Below are positions 27,681 to 32,000 of a stretch of DNA of 32,000 nt, piece after piece. The notes beneath the pieces were generated by a model, which saw only the letters and a program-made list of their open reading frames with translations, was not told where the DNA came from and did not search any database. This DNA is from Candidatus Heimdallarchaeota archaeon. GTDB taxonomy: Archaea; Asgardarchaeota; Heimdallarchaeia; Heimdallarchaeales; Kariarchaeaceae. The first letter of the stretch is position 1; every line of letters begins with the position of its first letter. The position numbers and the translations under genes are program-made. The DNA lies in the NCBI GenBank assembly GCA_030149205.1, contig JASBSB010000001.1:240001-272000 (forward strand), read 5' to 3'.

Positions 27681-28682
27681 ATGACAAATTCATATAAAAC
27701 AATGATGCACTCGAACTCTTTCAAGCTTGTGTTAGGACTTCTCATAGCTGTTGGGATCTGGTTGCAAATACAATTTTTGATTCTAAAAGATACCCTTACC
27801 GGGTTAGGTTTTCTAGCAGGCTCTCTTGCAAGTGTTATTCTTACATATTATATTTGGATTAGATACGGGGCAAAATTAACCCCTAATATTATCAACTTCC
27901 TAATCCATAATATTGTGGGTCAAAAAGTAATTTCTGGTAGTAATAAAATATATTTTGAGGAACAAAAAAGTAAAATTGAGGTAAAACCCTTCGATCCAAT
28001 CTCTAAATTTGTCTCACTCTTAATTTCCTTTTTAGCACTGGCAACTACATTACTTAAATTAGTTGAGAGAATTTTCCCCGTGATTAAACCTGCAAATCCT
28101 TTCGAAAACATAGGGACTTCAATTGGTTGGGTTGCAACCGTAATCGTAGTTCCTCTTTTGCTTACATTAATAATTCCAGTTGTCTGGACTCTTGAAGACC
28201 TATCTGTTAAAGCTTACAATTCTAAGAAAATGACTGTGTGGATGGTTGCAGATAAATACAGGGTGAAGTTCAATAGCTTTATTGCAATTAGTGCTATAAC
28301 AGCTGGAATGTCCCTTACCGGTAACAAAAATTCGACTTTCCTTGACAACCTTATAGTGTTTCTCAACTTATTGTTAAACGGGATATATATTTTGGTATTA
28401 CCTTTATCATTAATCATTCTTGTTTATTATTTTAAATTTAAAGCTGAATCTCAGGAAGGAATTAAAAAATTGATTCACATACCCACCTCAAGAACTTATG
28501 TAGAAGAAATTGTATCGGCAAAGGCCGAAGTAACTTCCAATGAGGTAGAATCACAAAGTCAAACGGATGAGAATTCTAAAAATGGAGACCATGCTTCTAA
28601 GGAATCTGTTTCTTTGAGTTCTGAGGAACCACAATCTGAAACAAAGAAAAAAGAGAATTCAACATCTGAACGGGAAGAATAG
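27681..28682 (+). CDS. Hypothetical polytopic membrane protein with Ser/Glu-rich disordered C-terminus
   Basis: About 6 hydrophobic segments and a low-complexity S/E/K tail; no family recognised. Confidence 0.7.
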   Translation: MTNSYKTMMHSNSFKLVLGLLIAVGIWLQIQFLILKDTLTGLGFLAGSLASVILTYYIWIRYGAKLTPNIINFLIHNIVGQKVISGSNKIYFEEQKSKIEVKPFDPISKFVSLLISFLALATTLLKLVERIFPVIKPANPFENIGTSIGWVATVIVVPLLLTLIIPVVWTLEDLSVKAYNSKKMTVWMVADKYRVKFNSFIAISAITAGMSLTGNKNSTFLDNLIVFLNLLLNGIYILVLPLSLIILVYYFKFKAESQEGIKKLIHIPTSRTYVEEIVSAKAEVTSNEVESQSQTDENSKNGDHASKESVSLSSEEPQSETKKKENSTSEREE

Positions 28683-28754
28683 GCATTAGCATTTAAAACC
28701 TATAAATCAAAAATATTCTTAATTTATGCAAAACAAGGTAATATATGTAGAATT

Positions 28755-29291
28755 TCAAGATTGAAGGTGATTTTGTTCAAATTCTAAGTAACGTTTTTTT
28801 GAGCTCGTTCCACCGTATGCAGAATAATTTCCAAGCATCCCGTTCTCCTTGACCACCCTATGACAAGGGACTAAGATGGGAAGCGGATTTGATGACATGA
28901 CATTTCCTACAAATCTTGCATGATTCTTGGTTAAACCTGATTCAATTGCTAAGGATCGATATGAAATTACTGAACCAGGAGTTGAATTTTTCAGAGTTTC
29001 CATTACTAGTTTCTTCTTATCTGTTAAAAAGCTATAATCAATCTGGATTTCACCAGGATTATGTTTGGGTTCTTTTAAAACCGAGAAGAGTATATCTTCC
29101 AAGATTAGGTCTCTTTCTCCAAAGATAAGGTGAACATGGTCTTTGGTGATTTGCTCTATGCTTTTTTTCAAATTATCGAATGCCTGTTGTTTATCAGGTA
29201 TTGGAGTTGTTGTGGCTACAACTCCTTTATTGCTGTAGGCGTAATATACAAAATAATTTTGATATTCTCCGAATGAGTAGTTTAACTCCAT
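28755..29291 (-). CDS. ogt: Methylated-DNA--protein-cysteine methyltransferase (MGMT)
   Basis: PGSVISYRSLA, RFVGNVMSSNPLPILVPCHRVV (active-site PCHR), KRYLEFE. Confidence 0.95.
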   Translation of the reverse strand: MELNYSFGEYQNYFVYYAYSNKGVVATTTPIPDKQQAFDNLKKSIEQITKDHVHLIFGERDLILEDILFSVLKEPKHNPGEIQIDYSFLTDKKKLVMETLKNSTPGSVISYRSLAIESGLTKNHARFVGNVMSSNPLPILVPCHRVVKENGMLGNYSAYGGTSSKKRYLEFEQNHLQS

Positions 29292-29312
29292 TATAAAATT
29301 ATAGAAGGATAA

Positions 29313-29320
29313 TTTATAAA
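29313..29320 (-). promoter_or_regulatory. Candidate TATA box for ogt (TTTATAAA)
   Basis: Palindromic 8-mer 22 nt upstream of the ogt ATG in a 50-nt intergenic gap. Confidence 0.45.
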
Positions 29321-29341
29321 TCTTAGTTATAGTGGTTATGT

Positions 29342-30424
29342 TTAGGCTATTACAATAGGTTGATAAATCCCGCTTGTCCTAACACCTTTATCGAATCTTA
29401 CTAGAACCTTTGCAGATGACCTTTTACCAAAAGTTCTAACAACAGAACCCTTTATAACAGAATTTGTGTCAGGATAGGTGAGCTTGACCTTTTTCCCAAT
29501 TAACTCTTCTGGGCTATAACCATTGGAAAGTTTTACAATTAACGTGTTGGGATGAATCACCCTTTTACTTCTCCTATAGGATGAGCTTTGGCCAATCACT
29601 GTTCCTGTTCCAACAATACTTCGTGGTTTTGATTCAGTCTTCTTACCTTTGAGACCTCTTGCTCTAACTGAATGCTCCACATGTAATAAATCGTCATTAG
29701 TGTAGACCTCAACAACAGCCTTCTTCTTTTTGGGTTGAATAATAGCTTCTTTGCTGACCCTCTCTTTCTTGATAGGTTTTACTCCTTTCTCACGTTTTCC
29801 AGTTCTTTTGGCTTTAACTGCCTGTGGAGCTGTAGGTATCTCTCTTGTAATTTGATCTGCTTTTTTCCTTTGCTCCCTTCTAATGGCTCTTGCTTCTTTC
29901 TCTTCTTTGGATAATTTTCTAGCAGTAACCTTCCAGGTTTCTCTTTCAGATTTTGTGTCCTCATCAACAGTTTTTACATCTTTAAGATCCTTATCTGTAA
30001 CTTTGGTAACCTGAACACCTTTCTTTTTCTTTGAAAGGAAAATTTCATCCTCAGGAGGAGGAGCTACTGATTTTTTCTTTTTCTTAGGTGAAACCTTCTT
30101 TGGTTTTTCTTCCTTAGCTGGTTCTTCAGAAACCTCTTTTTTAACTTTCTTTTCTACAGATTTCTTAGGCTTTTCTACTGATGGTTCTTTGGAAACCACA
30201 TCTGCAGAAGTTTCAGGAACTACCACCTCAAATGCCTTTTCTTCTGTTGAAGAAACTTCTGCGGCATTTTTAATAATTTTTGAAGCTGTAGCTTTCCCGA
30301 TGCCTAAATTAATGATATCATCTAGTGTAGCCTTAGCAAGCTTTTCAGCACTTTCAAATCCACCGGACTTAAGTTTGTCACTTGTCTTTGGGCCAACACC
30401 CTTTACTTCACTTACATCGGTCAT
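29342..30424 (-). CDS. rpl35ae: Ribosomal protein eL33 (L35Ae) fused to an N-terminal helix-hairpin-helix domain and a long Lys/Glu-rich linker
   Basis: Residues ~272-360 match the L35Ae pattern (SYRR, HPNTLIVK, LIGKKV, KGSVVRTFG, VLVRFDKG). Residues 1-56 match an HhH pair (VKGVGPKTSDKL...LGIGKATASKII). Confidence 0.8.
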   Translation of the reverse strand: MTDVSEVKGVGPKTSDKLKSGGFESAEKLAKATLDDIINLGIGKATASKIIKNAAEVSSTEEKAFEVVVPETSADVVSKEPSVEKPKKSVEKKVKKEVSEEPAKEEKPKKVSPKKKKKSVAPPPEDEIFLSKKKKGVQVTKVTDKDLKDVKTVDEDTKSERETWKVTARKLSKEEKEARAIRREQRKKADQITREIPTAPQAVKAKRTGKREKGVKPIKKERVSKEAIIQPKKKKAVVEVYTNDDLLHVEHSVRARGLKGKKTESKPRSIVGTGTVIGQSSSYRRSKRVIHPNTLIVKLSNGYSPEELIGKKVKLTYPDTNSVIKGSVVRTFGKRSSAKVLVRFDKGVRTSGIYQPIVIA

Positions 30425-30492
30425 AAGTTCTCTGAAATTTTATTTCACGAGTTTTTTAAAAAAGGTATATTTTGATACGCGCTGTTTGATTG

Positions 30493-31203
30493 TTATTCTT
30501 CACCCAATCTTTCTTTCAAGTTTCTAATTATATCATCATTTCTAACCATTTTTTCCATGAAACTTTGTGACAACTCTCCCTGAATTCTCACGTTATCTTC
30601 TCTCTCAGTTTTAAGCGTTTCTTCTAATTCAGAAATTTTCTGTTTTAGTCTCTTTACATCATCCGAGGATCCAACCTGTTGAGAAATTTGCTTCAGAATT
30701 GTGTTGATATCTGTACCTTCTGGAAATTTAGCCTGAGCAATCAACTCTAAACTCTTCTTTTCTTGTTGGAAATGGGACTCCATTAACGATCTCTCATCTT
30801 TTAATCTCGACTCCAAATCACGGCGAACCGTGGCTTCATTTGCCAATGATTTTTTGAGTTCTCGCACTTCATCTGACAAGGCTTGAACATTTTCTTGCTC
30901 AATGGTTAGTGCTCGTCGAGCGCTATCTAATCGACTTTTCAGGTCTTCAATTGAGGCTGCTAAACTGTTATATATCCCAACATAAGAATTTATGTAATCC
31001 CTGATAAGCGGATGTAAAATTTCCCAATACTCATCAATTAAAGCCTCAAGTTCCTTATGTTCAACAGTTACACTGCCTTCTTTGTAAATTGCACGCTTTA
31101 AGGACTCAATATTAGTGTAAGGCTCATGTTCAGGGTAGAAATCAAATAACGATTTATTCTTTTTAGAGCGAAACATTACAAACTGAATTGTGTTTAATAA
31201 CAT
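30493..31203 (-). CDS. Hypothetical coiled-coil protein
   Basis: Long heptad-like E/K/R/L helices over roughly residues 60-236. Alternative ATG at 31176. Confidence 0.7.
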   Translation of the reverse strand: MLLNTIQFVMFRSKKNKSLFDFYPEHEPYTNIESLKRAIYKEGSVTVEHKELEALIDEYWEILHPLIRDYINSYVGIYNSLAASIEDLKSRLDSARRALTIEQENVQALSDEVRELKKSLANEATVRRDLESRLKDERSLMESHFQQEKKSLELIAQAKFPEGTDINTILKQISQQVGSSDDVKRLKQKISELEETLKTEREDNVRIQGELSQSFMEKMVRNDDIIRNLKERLGEE

Positions 31204-31349
31204 TAAAGGTTTTTGTAAATAGGTGTTAATTTTCTATTATTTCTCTCTCAGTTCTGAAAAATGACAATAACTACAGAAATAATGAAAACCTTTGCTTTAA
31301 TAGAACTTCTTTTTAAGGTATAAATCTATATATTATTTGAAGGAAACTA

Positions 31350-32000
31350 ATGGAAGATAAAAATCAAGAATCATTATTAGATATAGATTTCCACGATACC
31401 AGTGAGATTGGTGTTCCTCCCAAGCTAGTTGATCAAGTAATCGGACAGGATAAAGCAGTCAGAATAATAAAAAAAGCCGCTTTACAATCTCGTCATGTTT
31501 TACTCATTGGAGACCCAGGAACAGGAAAATCACTCCTAGGTGCAGCAGCTGCAGAATTATTACCTAAAGACACCCTTGAGGATATTCTAGTCGTTCCAAA
31601 CCCAAGCAATGCAAATAACCCTAAGATAGTTACTCTTCCATCCGGAATTGGAAGACAACGAGTGGAGGAAGGTCAAGAGAAAGCTCGAAAACGAGATAGC
31701 ACTCGCACATTGACCTTGTTTCTTGTTGCTCTTTCAATCCCTCTTATCTTTGGATTTGCAACAGGTTGGAGAGACGCAACAGTAATTTTATTCTCTATTA
31801 TAGCAGCTTTGCTAATTTTTCTTGTATTTGGAGGAATGTTAAGAGGAAGGAGTGAAATCCTGGTACCAAAGTTACTAGTTGACACAGAATCAATGACCAC
31901 TGCCCCATTTATTGATGCAACTGGAGCTCACAGTGGAGCATTATTGGGGGATGTTAGACATGACCCATTTCAATCTGGAGGCTTAGGAACGCCCCCACAT
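31350..32000 (+). CDS. lonB: Archaeal membrane-anchored ATP-dependent protease LonB, N-terminal part (runs off the window end; not in the ORF track)
   Basis: My translation from ATG 31350 gives ...PPKLVDQVIGQDKAV...HVLLIGDPGTGKS...two TM helices...PFIDATGAHSGALLGDVRHDPFQSGGLGTPPH. Confidence 0.96.
   Translation, partial: MEDKNQESLLDIDFHDTSEIGVPPKLVDQVIGQDKAVRIIKKAALQSRHVLLIGDPGTGKSLLGAAAAELLPKDTLEDILVVPNPSNANNPKIVTLPSGIGRQRVEEGQEKARKRDSTRTLTLFLVALSIPLIFGFATGWRDATVILFSIIAALLIFLVFGGMLRGRSEILVPKLLVDTESMTTAPFIDATGAHSGALLGDVRHDPFQSGGLGTPPH

Noticed and set aside
30065-30090. SV40-like nuclear localisation signal (PKKKKK) in the eL33 linker
   Set aside because: Polybasic runs are expected in a Lys-rich linker and the host is a prokaryote; not evidence of an NLS.
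671-31900. Short ORF-track entries overlapping real genes (671, 3036, 5103, 6618, 9689, 10313, 10747, 12892, 14313, 14393, 19120, 21953, 23310, 25015, 27920, 28214, 28916, 29779, 30189, 31673)
   Set aside because: All are antisense or off-frame shadows of well-supported CDSs and show no recognisable motifs.
31950-32000. Possible intein at the LonB DPFQ/SGG insertion site
   Set aside because: HDPFQSGGLGTP is contiguous.

Overview
AT-rich (roughly one-third GC), gene-dense archaeal chromosomal window. CarS, Orc1/Cdc6, membrane-anchored LonB, eL33, HAN-type RecJ, archaeal AsnA and UPF0200/UPF0201 show it is archaeal. A multi-TM protein with a longin-like tail suggests an Asgard (Heimdallarchaeia-like) host, which is an inference. 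Content in order: a split Suf cluster (partial sufS and sufB on minus, divergent sufD plus Rieske ferredoxin), two large membrane/surface proteins, PlsC-family acyltransferase, M61 peptidase, UPF0201/UPF0200, ThpR, CarS, a HAN/RecJ-like protein, two orphan Dpp/Opp permeases, a DHH-prs-trm11-rnz run, cdc6, a GltB-like FMN protein behind asnA, a Hef-like SF2 helicase, ogt, an HhH-eL33 fusion, a coiled-coil protein and partial lonB. I saw no rRNA, tRNA, CRISPR array or mobile element. The most unusual observations are: (1) ribosomal protein eL33 fused to an HhH domain through a ~210-aa charged linker; (2) a full-length HAN nuclease homologue with nearly all DHH catalytic motifs substituted; (3) a Hef-like helicase with altered Walker A/B and motif VI and no nuclease domain; (4) a GltB-like FMN protein lacking the [3Fe-4S] cysteines, coupled to asnA; (5) a multi-TM/longin-like fusion; (6) PlsC and CarS about 3.6 kb apart. 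All family assignments come from motif recognition by eye; no database search was run.
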